This document shows, piece by piece, positions 1 to 11,042 of a stretch of DNA of 64,000 bases. The notes beneath the pieces were generated by a model. The model made no database searches. It saw nothing but the letters and a program-made list of their open reading frames with translations, and had not been told where the DNA came from. The translations under genes and the position numbers were made by a program. Location: positions 15,068,001 to 15,132,000 of the forward strand of contig NW_024704758.1 of assembly GCF_018977255.1 (NCBI RefSeq), in the 5' to 3' direction. Numbering within the stretch: position 1 is the first letter of the stretch; each line of letters starts with the position of its first letter. The stretch is from Callorhinchus milii (taxonomy: Eukaryota).

Positions 1-372
1 AGAAACCTATAAGATCATCAAAGGGCATAGAGTAGATAGTGGGAGATGTTTCCCCGGTTGGAGAAACTAAAACCAGGGGTCACAACCTTAAAATCAGAGG
101 CAGCCCTTTCGCACTGAGTTGAGGAAGAACTTCTTCACTCAAAGGGCTGTGAATGTATGGAACTCACTACCCCAAAGGGCTGTTGACGCTCAGTCCTTGA
201 ACATCTTCAAGACTGAGATAGATGGATTTCTTATTGCAAAAGGGATTAAAGGATATGGGGATAAGGCAGCTGGAGTTAGATTAGAAGATCAGCTATGATT
301 GAATGGCGGGGCAGGCTCGAAGGGCCGAATGGCCTACTCCTGCTCCTACATGTTATGTTACGTAATGTTATG
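1..372 (+). mobile_element. CR1-clade LINE 3' fragment (ORF2 C-terminus, 3' UTR and short tandem tail)
   Basis: With one frameshift it translates TRGHNLKIRGSP/FRTELRKNFFTQRAVNVWNSLPQRAVDAQSLNIFKTEIDGFLIAKGIKGYG, typical of a CR1 ORF2 end. 3' UTR gaatggcggggcaggctcgaagggccgaatggcctactcctgctcc, then a (tgtta)n-like tail. Confidence 0.92.
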
Positions 373-791
373 AAGTGGTGCTGCTCGCTAGGAAAGTTTA
401 GTTGTGAGTTTAAAAAGGACTTTGTCATATTTCAGAACCCTGCTGTTCTGTCTGGTTTCCAAGGAGATTTTATTGAGTGAGAAACTGACTGTTGGTTGTG
501 AATCATCGCTGCTGTCTAGACTGCTGTCAGTGTGTTTTTGGCCGACTTTATTCTGACCTATGTTGCCGGTTACTTCTGCCACTTGCTGGTCGGTCCTTCA
601 AGTATATTCTATTTAGTAAGGCTGTTTGTGCTGCGGTGACAAGTACAGTAATGTACCACCTAATAGAGTGCCATGCAATGGTGGATGTAGGTCTGATATC
701 TTACTTTTCCCCCAGTCCTGACCTGCCTCCAACCCCCATCTTCATTGGGCAAAGGGTACAAAGCAATGGCATTCTGTAATATATAATCCTT

Positions 792-899
792 ATAATAATC
801 CTTGCATTTTATACAGCGCCTTATCCCCTCGGATGTCTCAATGCGCTTCACAGAATATGCTGTCAAGTGTAGTTTACTGTATATTTTGTGGGCGAAACG
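792..899 (-). mobile_element. SINE family A, 3' fragment
   Basis: Reverse complement of the shared tail (gtttcgcccacaaaatatacag...tgagacatccgagg..ataaggcgctgtataaaatgcaaggattatta). Confidence 0.85.
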
Positions 900-2132
900 T
901 TTGTCATGGTGAGAGAAAATGGATTTGGGAGAATTTAGGGTGTAATTTATGCGAGAGGGAGGGTCTTCTTAGTAGGAATCCTTACTCCCCGACCCCCCCC
1001 CTCCCAGCCCTCCCACCGCATAATTCCTGGTTAATCAACAGGAACTGTGTTGCAGCCATGTTGTCCGATCGGAGTTCCCGTGGGTCTGTGAGATGTACTC
1101 TTGTTCCAGAAGGAGTCAGAGGCCTTGTAACAGGATCGGATTCCTGTTTAGAAAATGTATGCAGAGAATCCTTTTGTCCTTGACCCCGTGTGTATGAATG
1201 TGCCGCATTGCTTAAAGTTGCTGAATAACTCAAAGCATGTGCCGGTGGCCAACAATGTAGCTCCAATCCTGACCAATACTATCAGTTACAGAACTCTATT
1301 CACCTTCAGCTGAAGAGCCTTCATTGTTGCGAAGGAGGCATAGCAATGGCATTTTGTAATGCTCGTTTGGGTGAAGCTCAGAGGAATTAGAGGTGCCATT
1401 TACACAGGGCAGTGTTTAATTTGTTCCTCCTCTGTCCTGTAACCCATACCTGATCATTAGTGAGAGAGAGTACGGAGCCAAGTTTGTGGCAAGGCTGTGT
1501 TTCACTCGATCTCAGTAACTGCAAATGAACACTCGTCGATTCAGCCATGGTTTGGTGGGTTTGGATTTGGAAAAGAAAGGATTTCACTTAAACGAGTAGA
1601 AGATGTGGCATCGCTGTGCGTGTCACTGCCTGTGCCCAGCAACATTGACTCTGTTCCCTGTTGTATGGTCAATAAGGCCAATTGTTGCACCCAAACTGCT
1701 GGGCCTTTTGAGCCCAGACTTCTCTGTGTGGCTCAGTGCTGTGTTACGTAGAGGTTGGGGCTTGACTCAATGGGCCAATTGAAAGAGCGAGCAGAAGGAT
1801 TTTCATGGGTTTCCTTTTCCATATAATTCACTCGTTGCCTTTGAAAAGGATTTGACCCTTTGACAGTGATTTGCTTTGAGGTAATTGCCTAACTGCTTGG
1901 TACAGGGTTTCAGAACCGATCGCAGAATTAAGTTTTAAGCAGTCATTCTGTCTGTTTACATCAATCCCTGCAGTTTCTCTGCTGGGGATAACTCCACCAG
2001 CTGGAGCTAATGCTGTTTGCCTTCCATACATTGCATTCTCACAGCGGGATCTCTTTCATCACTGATGAGCAAAATTCAAACTCGTCTTGGAAGTGAAATA
2101 AGCAGCAAATGCAGATGAAGGACTCATTAAGC

Positions 2133-2312
2133 AATAATGATTTGGTCACTCAACCCACGACTGTTTGTGGGGACGCTGCCGTGTACAATTGGCTGCCGCG
2201 TTTCGCCCACAAAATATACAGTCGATTCACTTTACAGTGTATTCTGTGAAACGCTTTGAGACGTCTTGAAGGTATGATAAGGCGCTGTATCAAATGCAGG
2301 GATTATTATTAT
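2133..2312 (+). mobile_element. SINE family A, 5'-truncated (Deu-like body and tail)
   Basis: tttggtcactcaacccacgactgtttgtggggacg...gctttgagacgtcttgaaggtatgataaggcgctgtatcaaatgcagggattattatt matches the full-length copies. Confidence 0.9.
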
Positions 2313-2640
2313 CGCATCCAGGGATGTTTATGTCGCACACATTGTACTTAAACGCTAAGCAATTTTCTAAACGACCTTTGGAATCTCCCTCAGTAAATTC
2401 TGACTCACCTCCAATCTTTATATTAAATGTTTAATGTGAGAAAGTCCAGTCATTCACTTGTACTTGGGGGAAACCCGGGAATCTTACCTTTGGCTCCATC
2501 TGGTGGATCACACTGCCTGAATGCCGTGCATTCCCAGTATCAGTGCGTACCATGCTGTGTGAACCTACAGCGCAGAGAAGGTTGAATATTTTCGTGCCAA
2601 GAGTTTGGCCGGGATTCCAAACCTTTGCGTCACAAGAAAG

Positions 2641-2753
2641 ATAATAATAATAATTCTTGCATTTGGTATAGCACCCTTCACACCAGGTGACGTCTCAAGG
2701 CGTTTCACAGGATACACAGTAAAGTTGCGTGACTGACTATATCTTGTGGGCGA
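2641..2753 (-). mobile_element. SINE/L2-type 3' tail fragment
   Basis: ataataataataattcttgcatttggtatagcacccttcacaccaggtgacgtctcaaggcgtttcacagg is the reversed tail. Confidence 0.75.
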
Positions 2754-3547
2754 TCGTAGCACACACAGCAATGTCTTTGGTCCGAAATGATCTGATGCAT
2801 TCTTTTGGGAGGTTTGCATTGATTTAGGATAATGGCTTCTTTTGCTTTCGTTATTGCCTTGCTGCCGCTGGAATAAAGGAATCTGCCCAAAGTGGGGCTT
2901 TGGTTGAAGTATGAATCCTGGCAGCTTGTTGGCTCGCTCCCAAGGTGAGCTAGCATCTGTTTGACTGGATTCCCCCTCTCCACATACCCCCCACCAGTGG
3001 AGAGAACATCCAACTAAACGTGCTCTCCAGTCTTCAAATGGGATTGACAAGACCACCATGCCTTTTGAGCAGGCAGTGCAGATGACATCTGTTATTCCCA
3101 TTGTCCCTGTTGACAACACACTAATGATGTGCTAAGGCGCTATATCATAGGCGAGGATTATTATTACATTTTCTAAAATCAACTTCAACATAATTTTGGT
3201 GGACATTGGTCCGGGACCATCTACTTTAACAGTGTCCCTTCCTTGTGGGTTTGAAAAAGTTGGCAAACAGTGATTTCTGTTTGTCGAACATTTTGTCAGT
3301 GTCTAGGAATACCATTAGTAATCCTAACTGGGCTGTACATTTGAAATTGGTCTGACAGAATAGTACGTTTTCCTCACTAAACTCTTTGTACTCTGGCCTC
3401 GGTGAGCTCAAGAACAGTTTAGAACCACATCACTGTTGCTGGCACCTAGTGGGTTACTATCCATAATACCATAAACAGCATCTGTCTCTGGGATGTGTTA
3501 CATGCAGAGGATGTTACTGGAATCAACAACAACAACATTACAGAGTT

Positions 3548-3924
3548 TAATAATAAGATAATCCTTGAATTTGATACAGCACCTTATCACATCTTCGAGA
3601 CCCCACAAGGCGATTCACAGAATATACAGTAAAGACTGTGAATTTTGTGGATGAAACGCGACAGCCAATTGCGCTCAGCAGTGTCCCCACAAACAGTCGT
3701 GAATTGAGTGACCAAATTATTATTCTTTTTGTTTTTAAAGGCATTATTATTCCCCATAAAAATGATCCGCCAATCGACTACCAACCAGGTTCCTACTTAC
3801 TGCTAGGTAAACAGAGGCGTGTGGAGTAATGGAAACTTGCCCAAAGTTTCGCCTTGACCGGGGATTGAACCCGGGTCCTCACACTTCCGAGGCGAGGGCT
3901 CTAACCGCTGAGCTAAAGGACTTC
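3548..3924 (-). mobile_element. SINE family A, full length, long subfamily
   Basis: On the minus strand: tRNA-like head with A box (tagctcagcgg) and B box (ggttcaatcc), CORE-like ttgggcaagtttcc...gcctctgtttacctagcagtaagtagg, Deu-like body, (TTA)n tail. Confidence 0.92.
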
Positions 3925-4144
3925 ATCAAATCTGAGGTGAAACGTCCAAATGACTCTGCCACCTTCTGATCCTCTGTAATATCTCCTGCCGGATGAATCG
4001 CTTGAAAGATTTAACATGCCATCTGCTGTAGCTGAGAATCGTGCATCTCGCCTCTCCACTGCAATCTGCTTTACTAATGCCTCCTGACCTCCCCGAATGC
4101 TTCTACCATGATGTTCACCTTCACCGCCCTTTATGGGATCCAGT

Positions 4145-4284
4145 TGTTGTTACAGGAGGGGTGAAACATTGGGCAGGTTTCTTTACTCCACACACACACA
4201 CACCACTGCTTACCTACCAGTAAGTAGGAACCCAAGTAGACGTGATAAGGCTCTGTATCAAATGCGAGGATTATTATTATTATT
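4145..4284 (+). mobile_element. SINE family A, internally deleted copy
   Basis: The CORE-like segment (ttgggcaggtttctttactcca...gtaagtaggaaccc) joins directly to the terminal gacgtgataaggctctgtatcaaatgcgaggattattatt. Confidence 0.8.
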
Positions 4285-4629
4285 AACGCTGAGGTTGGGG
4301 CGCTGGTGGCCTGATCGTCACTAGGTGGCTCCCTCTGATCATTTATGCCAAGGGTTTGCTCCAAGTGTAAACGTGCAGTTGACAGGGACACAACTGAACA
4401 GAGCTATTTGTTCCCCATCTTCTCTATTTAAAACAACTTAATATCCAAACGGCCTTGAGGGGCAGCGTGCTCGATTCCCATCCCAAGGGGTTTGTGCTGC
4501 AGGAATGAATAGCCAGAGGTTGCACTTTCCAGACCAAGTCAAAATGACTCAAAGCTTCTTCAACACTAACACCCGGCAAGTGTTTGACTACAAATGTGCA
4601 TAATACACTCTGACATAGAGCTGTGTGGT

Positions 4630-4940
4630 GAGTCCTGTAGCTCAGTGGTTAGAGCACTCGCCTTACAAGCGAGACACCGGGTTCAATTCCAGGCAGAGGG
4701 CCAAACCTTGGGCAAGTTTCCTTACTCCACACAGAGCCTAATAATCCTCCAAAACAAAAAAATAATAAATTGGTCATTTTCAATCCACGACTGTTTGTGG
4801 GGACGCTGCTGTGCGCAATTGGCTGCCGCGTTCGCCCACAAATATACAGTCAATTCACTTTACAGTCTATTCTGTGAAGTGCTTTGAGACGTCGAGAAGA
4901 CGTAAAAAGCACTGTATCAAATGCAAGGATTATTATTATT
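4630..4940 (+). mobile_element. SINE family A, full length, short subfamily
   Basis: Head gagtcctgtagctcagtggttagagcactcg with B box ggttcaattcc; gcct joined directly to aataatcc; Deu-like body; (TTA)n tail. Confidence 0.93.
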
Positions 4941-4982
4941 CACTCATCTGGAGGATTGGCAACTAAGACTCACAAAAAAAAA

Positions 4983-5135
4983 AAGCCCTTTCTCTTTCCA
5001 AATAGTGTCACGGGATTGTTACTCTTCACCGGCAGAATGGGTAGACAGGACCTCAGTTTTACGTCTCATCAGAAGGACAGGATTCTCTGACAAGCCAGCG
5101 TTCCCCCACGACTGTGCTGGAAGGATCAGTCGAGC
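4983..5135 (-). mobile_element. DeuSINE-type family B fragment
   Basis: Reverse of the Deu core motif gatgagacgtaaaactgaggtcctgtct...atcccgtgacactatttg. Confidence 0.7.
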
Positions 5136-5560
5136 CTGGGCCGTGAGCGTGAATAGAGAGGGTTGTCCAGTTATTGGGGATGGGGAGAGAGTTTCCCACA
5201 ACAGAGATTTAATTCACATTTGGATTTCTAATTCCGAGCTGGAATGAATGAACTCTCATCCTGTGGTTTAATCACAGTGTAGCCTGTGAAGCGCTTTGAG
5301 TCGACTCGAAGATGTGATAAGGCGCTGTATCAAATGCAAGGATTATTATTATTATTAATAATTCACTGCGTGGCCGTTTATCGACGGCACCGACTGCCCT
5401 CTCTAGATTCACCTTATGAATGACCTTCTGATCAGCTCATTTGCAGGAAATTAAAATGGACATGTGCTTGATAGCACATCACTGTCTCGTTCTAAATCCG
5501 ACACAAGGTGACTGACCTTCTCTATTTGTGTCCAGTGATTTATTCCCAGACTGTTCACTT

Positions 5561-6360
5561 CAACCACCACTGGAGGGCCCCACAGTCTGGTGGCGGTTGG
5601 TTGAGTCTTTTCAGATGATAATGAGACTTACTGGACAGCGCTATCAATACTAATAATAATAATAATAATCTGGCATTTAATACAGCACCTTATCAAGTGT
5701 TCACGATGTCTGAAAGCGCTTCACAGGATACGCTATAAAGTCAATTGACTGTCTATTTGTGGGTGAAACACGGCAGCCAATTGCGCACAGTGGCTTCCCA
5801 CAAACATCGTGGATTGAAATGACCAAATTATTATTGTTTTTTTTTCTTGAGGGATTATTATCAGGCGTGTGTGTGTGGAGTAAGGAAACTTGCCCAAGGT
5901 TTCGCCCTGACCTGCCGGGAATCGAACCCAGCTCTCTCGCTTGTGAGGCGAGCGCTCTAACCACTGAGCTATAGGACTCCAATGGCCAAGCTTTGTGGGT
6001 TTAGCTGGTCGGACTCCAGCAGTTACCTCAACGCACACTCTGAGCTCCCACCCTCCCGAGCCTTGGCTGCTGCCAACCTGCGCCTAATACTTTCCAGAAT
6101 TAGGTAATTAGGATTGCGTCCCTCCAGGGAGAGAGAGAGCGAGAGAGAGAGCGCATTCCATTCCGACAGTCTCTCTCTCCAGGATTCCTATGTGTTATAC
6201 AGGTGGGATGTGAGGAATTCTCAGCTTGGTTTGGAGACTCTTGAGCACGTCGATGGGTTTCTTTCACCCAAACAAAAAAAAACCCATCACCGCTGGAGGG
6301 CGCTGTCTGTCAGCATTTGGTTGAGTGTTTACCGATGATGATGGTAAGACTGTGGACAAC
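5561..6360. repeat. Unclassified dispersed repeat with about 60-nt terminal direct repeats, interrupted by a SINE
   Basis: 5568-5628 resembles 6290-6350 (ctggagggc...gtctg...ttggttgagt...gatgat.atg..agact). Internal parts match 32350-32555 and 42880-43015. Confidence 0.6.
5649..5980 (-). mobile_element. SINE family A, full length, short subfamily
   Basis: Minus-strand head ggagtcctatagctcagtggttagagcgctcgcctcacaagcgag, B box ggttcgattcc, gcctgataataatccctc junction, tail. Confidence 0.93.
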
Positions 6361-7084
6361 TTTTCTTCCCCCATTAGAAACAAACCTCTATATTAGAAAA
6401 GGTTGCTGACACAAACCTCCAGACATCGTACCTCATAAGCAGGACCCGTGAAGCTTTTTCCACCGGGTTCCTGTCTCGTGTCGCTTCAGTCCCTGTTCCT
6501 GCGATTTTCCTGTTGGGGAGTGTCTGAGAGATAAGCCCTATCCATCTACCTTCTGGTTCAACAGCCGATTGGCCCTATCAAGCACCTTCCATTTTCGTAT
6601 AGAAGAACATCTCAAAAGACTTCGTAAAGGAATGGGACTCGGCGTTGGCCTGGGTGGGAGAGAGTGGTGGTGGAGAAGTCTTCGTCCAGGAGTACAGTCA
6701 CTACACTTGGCAGCAGTCAGTTATAAGTCCTTTGAGACGTTTTGACTTGAAAAGTGCTGAGTCCCATGCAAAGATAGTTAGGTTTACCTGCGTCCATTTC
6801 CTTTGTTCTTTTGCGAGAAACTAGAACCACTGACTGTCTAACTCCGTCACCTCTGCTGTGAACCTGTGTTGCTGTGTGAACATGTCCTGGTGAGACGAAC
6901 GGTGCCTATTCGAAACCAGACATTTCCCAGCTCACGTATTCACACCGAAGGCAGTTTCTGCTGATGCTGCTTGTTGTCCTACCAAATAGAGCTATAATGA
7001 CCAATAAATAGAAACGATTAATCAAGCCCGCCAGGAAGTATTTCTTGTCACGGGTTAATTAACAGCTGGAACAGGTTACGGAGA

Positions 7085-7222
7085 AAACTGGTTGAGGCCA
7101 GGACGTTGGATTCATTTAAGAAATGGCGTGAGACACTGACGGGAAGACGGTTTGTGGGTATTCAGGAAGGGCGAGATCAAATGGGCTGAAGGGCTTTCTC
7201 CACTCGTACATCTCTTGTAATT
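7085..7222 (+). mobile_element. Old CR1-like 3' fragment
   Basis: ggttgaggccaggacgttggattcatttaag...atgggctgaagggctttctcc resembles a CR1 ORF2 end and 3' UTR; highly diverged. Confidence 0.5.
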
Positions 7223-8219
7223 ATTGCTATCTGTAAGTGGCAACGGTATACTTCATCCAACTTTGTGTGTGTGCGTGCGTGTGTGTTTGTGTGTTTGCGT
7301 GTTACTGTGAAGCGCTTTGAGGCATTTCGATACGATCAGACCTTTATCCCTTTGAAATATCTCAAAGTCTACATATCAAATGCAGGGATTATTATATTAT
7401 ATATACATACACTGTTCCTAGCAAGCAGAGGACTATCTTGCAAATTGCTGACCAGCTGCCAGGTGGGTGATGTGGATGGAACTCTTGAGTCTGAGGAACG
7501 AATGTATCGCATTCTGCCCAGTTCCGGAACAAGTCAACGAGGGATTTAATTCTTAGTGGGTCCCTTTGACGGCCATTCAAAAGGGTGAAGTAAAACCGAT
7601 CCCCAACATGCGAGGACCTGTTAGTGAGTGGAGCTCTGGGTTTGTGTGCACTCACTGCCCGAGAAAGAAATCTCTTAATCCTTTCTCACACTTCACCTTC
7701 CTTCCTTTTGTTCAGAAGGACACTGAATATTTGCAGTGTTGTGTCAGATAATTGGTGATGGGAGGAACAAAAAGCGCTGGGAACCAGACTGACATCCAAC
7801 AGGAATTGCTCATTCTGTGGCCAACACCGACAGTAACAAGTTGGCACTGGGCAGACGTGGCAGGAACCTGCCCGGAATCTGCTGATGTCTCATTTCTGTT
7901 CAGAAGTGGATTGGACTCCACTCAGATTGATTTTTAATGCTGTGAAATTAGTTTTAAGCTTTAATAACACGATTGCTCAATAGAAAAGCCGAAAGGTCAT
8001 TCACATTGCGGTTAAGTGAGTTTAAAATCTACATTAATCTAATTCTTCACTGCCGGTGCCACTGGGACCAAATCCAGCCGGGAATATAAACTAAAGAGTT
8101 TCTCAATGAGAACCAGTAGGTGGGTGGGTCACACATTTAATCAGACGGGCTTAGTGCAGACCCAGTGGAGTAGATGAGCCAGACTCCTCCGGATCTACCG
8201 CACAACTCACTTTGCTGTA

Positions 8220-8602
8220 GAGTCCTGTAGCTCAATGGTTAGAGCACTCGCCTCACAAGCGAGAGGATCTGGGTTCAATTCCCGGGCGGGGCGAAACCTT
8301 GGGTAAGTTTCCTTACTCCATATGCCTCTGTTTACCATCAGTCAGTAGGAACCCGGTTGTCAGTCAATTGGTAGATCGCTTTATGGCGGTAATAATCCCT
8401 CCCACAAATATAATTAAAACAACAATAATAATAATAATAATTTGATCACTCAATCCACGACAGTTTGTGGGACACCTCTGTGCGCAACTGTCTACCACGT
8501 TTCGCCTGCAATTCAATTCACTGTATATTCTGTGAAGAGCATTGAGACGTCCCAATGATGTGCTAAGGTGCTGTGTCAAACGCAAGGATTGTTGCTGTTA
8601 TT
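8220..8602 (+). mobile_element. SINE family A, full length, long subfamily
   Basis: Head gagtcctgtagctcaatggttagagcactcgcctcacaagcgag, B box ggttcaattcc, complete middle segment, tail. Confidence 0.92.
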
Positions 8603-9060
8603 AAATCTCTGCTGTTCTTGTGGATACAATCACCACATTCATGTAAAAGTTGAAGCAGCTCGAGTTGCCCTCATTGCCCTTCACAGCTCATTGCTTCTAT
8701 CTGGTGGTCAGCGTTGAGACCAGGGGAGAGAATCATTCCTGTGCTGTAGAGCGTACTGACCATGTACAGAGAGAGAAAGATGATGTTAATTTCTGCTTTG
8801 CCTCAGTGCTTTATAATTTAAACCATTTAATCAAAAAGAGTCTCCAAAGTATCTAAAGCTTTGCCCATTGAATATATGTGTGTGTTTGGGGTGGGGGGGG
8901 GGGCGATAAAGAGGACAATAGAGGTTGTGATAACTTTAACATTAGCTGCAAATATGGTCAGAATTATTACTGACCTTGTGCCCACTGCTGGGCCTTGGTG
9001 ATGGCTCTTGATTCTTTCGTTGATGTGATAATAATCATCACTGGTAATAATCGGTACGAA

Positions 9061-9410
9061 CCGAGTCTGGCTCAGTGCTCGCACTCTCGCCCGCGACCCC
9101 CCTCCCCCCACCACCTCCCCCGAGTCAGAAGATTGTGGGTTCAAGCCCCAAGTCGAGAGTTCGAACTCACACAACACTAACAACAACAACAGCAACAACT
9201 TGCACTTGTAGTCTTGGCTGACTCTCCACGTAGTATTGGGGGAGCGCTGAATTGTCAGAAGTCCTGTCCCTTGGATGACATTTTAACCTGAGGTTCCGTC
9301 TGCCTGTTCAGTTGGACGTTAAAGATCTCCCGGGCACTATTTGATAACAGAAGGGCAGTTTCTCCTGGTGTCGTAGCTGACAATCCCCCAGATAAAATGG
9401 GTCATTTGCT
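9061..9410 (+). mobile_element. DeuSINE-type family B (tRNA head and Deu core) with small insertions
   Basis: tggctcagtg...gagtcagaagattgtgggttcaagcccc head and ggatgacattttaacctgaggttccgtctgcctgttcagttggacgttaaagatc core. A reversed (aac)n tail is inserted at about 9172-9210. Confidence 0.8.
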
Positions 9411-9726
9411 GTCATGCCTTTGGACGGGACCCTCATTTTCTGTTTACAGCGCAGTACATGATATCATTTCCGAGCTCTCTTTAACTTAATTAGCCACTTG
9501 TTTTAAAACCACGATGGATGTTAACGGTTCCTGTCGTCCGACGGAGTCTGTTGTCTACTGTTCAGTCTGGTCCAGTCTGGAGCATTGATAGCGCCATGGC
9601 AACAGCTGGGGCCGTCTTATAATCACTGTTTTGTTACACTTTGAATTTAAAACCCATTTAATTCTGAGTGGGTTAAAAAGTGCGGGGAAAGAGAGAAACA
9701 AAACCAGCCTCATTAGTGCAGGGTTT

Positions 9727-9840
9727 ATAATATAATAATAATAATCCTTGCATTTGATACAGCGCCTTATCACGTCTTCGAGACGTCTCAAAGCGCCTCG
9801 CAGGATACACTGTAAAGTGAAAATTGACTGTATGTTTTGT
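9727..9840 (-). mobile_element. SINE family A, 3' fragment with an intact tail hairpin
   Basis: Reverse complement reads gcgctttgagacgtctcgaagacgtgataaggcgctgtatcaaatgcaaggattatt. Confidence 0.9.
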
Positions 9841-10429
9841 CAAGGCTGCTATATTTTGTTTGGAGAGGGGAAGTAACCTTTTCTGCTTAGCCAAAGAAGT
9901 GCGCAGAAAGATATTAAGAGTCGTTCATCTTGGATTGGCAATCAACATGTATTGGCGATGCCTTACGATCGAGCAGTCTGTACTATCACTGTTCGTGCAC
10001 TCTGTGCAGTGAGGCTTATCTCACGCCTACAGAGAGACTTTACTCTGAATTATTCTCCTCTACCCCCCACCCACCCATCTCGAAGTTTGTAACCGATGAA
10101 TAATGAGCGCAATTGCCTTCCTGGGGAACGAGCTAAAGGTCTTTGTGTTGTGAAGTGAGATTGTCGAAACGATGGTTGTTGTTTGTCAACTGGTATTGTC
10201 GAGCTTTCACTGTGTGGCTTTGGAATGCTAATGAGCAAACACGAACAAATGCTCCCATTCAGCAGCAAGTTAGAGAGTGAGTCCTCTCGAAAATGCCGTG
10301 TGTGTGTGTGGGACGGGGGTGGTTGTGGGAGGGGGTTTGACACAGAGCACCTACATGAGCACGAATGTGAATCGGATGAGCAATGATGATAATAATAAAT
10401 CATAATAATAATAATCAAAAAGAACAGTC

Positions 10430-11042
10430 ATAATTTGGTCACTCAATCCAAGACTGTTTGTGGGGACGCTGCTGTGCGCAATTGGCTGCCATGTTTCGCC
10501 CACAAAATACACAGTCAATTCACTCTACAGTATATTCTGTGGAGTGCTTTGAGATGTCTCGAAGACGTGCTGTATCAAATACAAGGATTATTATTATTAG
10601 CAAGCGAGAGAACTAGGTTTGATTCCCGGGCAGGGTGAAATGTTGGGCAAGTTTCCTTACTCCACACACACGCCTCTGTTTACTTAGCAGTAAGTAGGAA
10701 CCCGGTTGTTGGTTGATTGGCAGATCGCTTTTCTGGGCTTATAATTCCTTCCAAAAAAGTAATAATAATAAATTGGTCACTTCAATCTACGACTGTGTGT
10801 GGGACGCTGCTGTGCGCAATTGGCTGCCGTGTTTCGCCCACAAAACATACAGTTAATTCACTTTACAGTGTTTTCTGTGAAGCCCTTTGAGACGTCTCAA
10901 AGACATGATGAGGCCCTGCAGCAAATGCAAGGATTATTAATATATTGTGCTTTATCTGCTAAACGTCTCAAAGCGCTTCACCGAATACAGTGTAAAGTGA
11001 ATTGACTACCTTTTGTGGATGAAACACGGCAGCTAATTGCGT
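10430..11042. mobile_element. Cluster of three family A SINEs (+ 10430-10598, + 10600-10940, - 10945-11042)
   Basis: A headless copy is followed immediately by a copy with a truncated head and then an inverted tail fragment. Confidence 0.88.

Noticed and set aside
2055..2105. Possible hammerhead ribozyme core (CTGATGA ... GAAA)
   Set aside because: Stem II does not pair beyond two bases and I could not form stems I and III.
2565..3119. 184-aa minus-strand ORF and many short ORFs containing IIII, CIKCKDYYY or LCAIGCRVS
   Set aside because: These peptides are translations of the SINE body and (TTA)n tail, not genes.
8221..8295. tRNA-Val/Ala-like genes (also at 4631, 5980-, 31520-, 63049)
   Set aside because: Each runs straight into the SINE body and the anticodon varies between copies, so they are SINE heads rather than tRNA genes.
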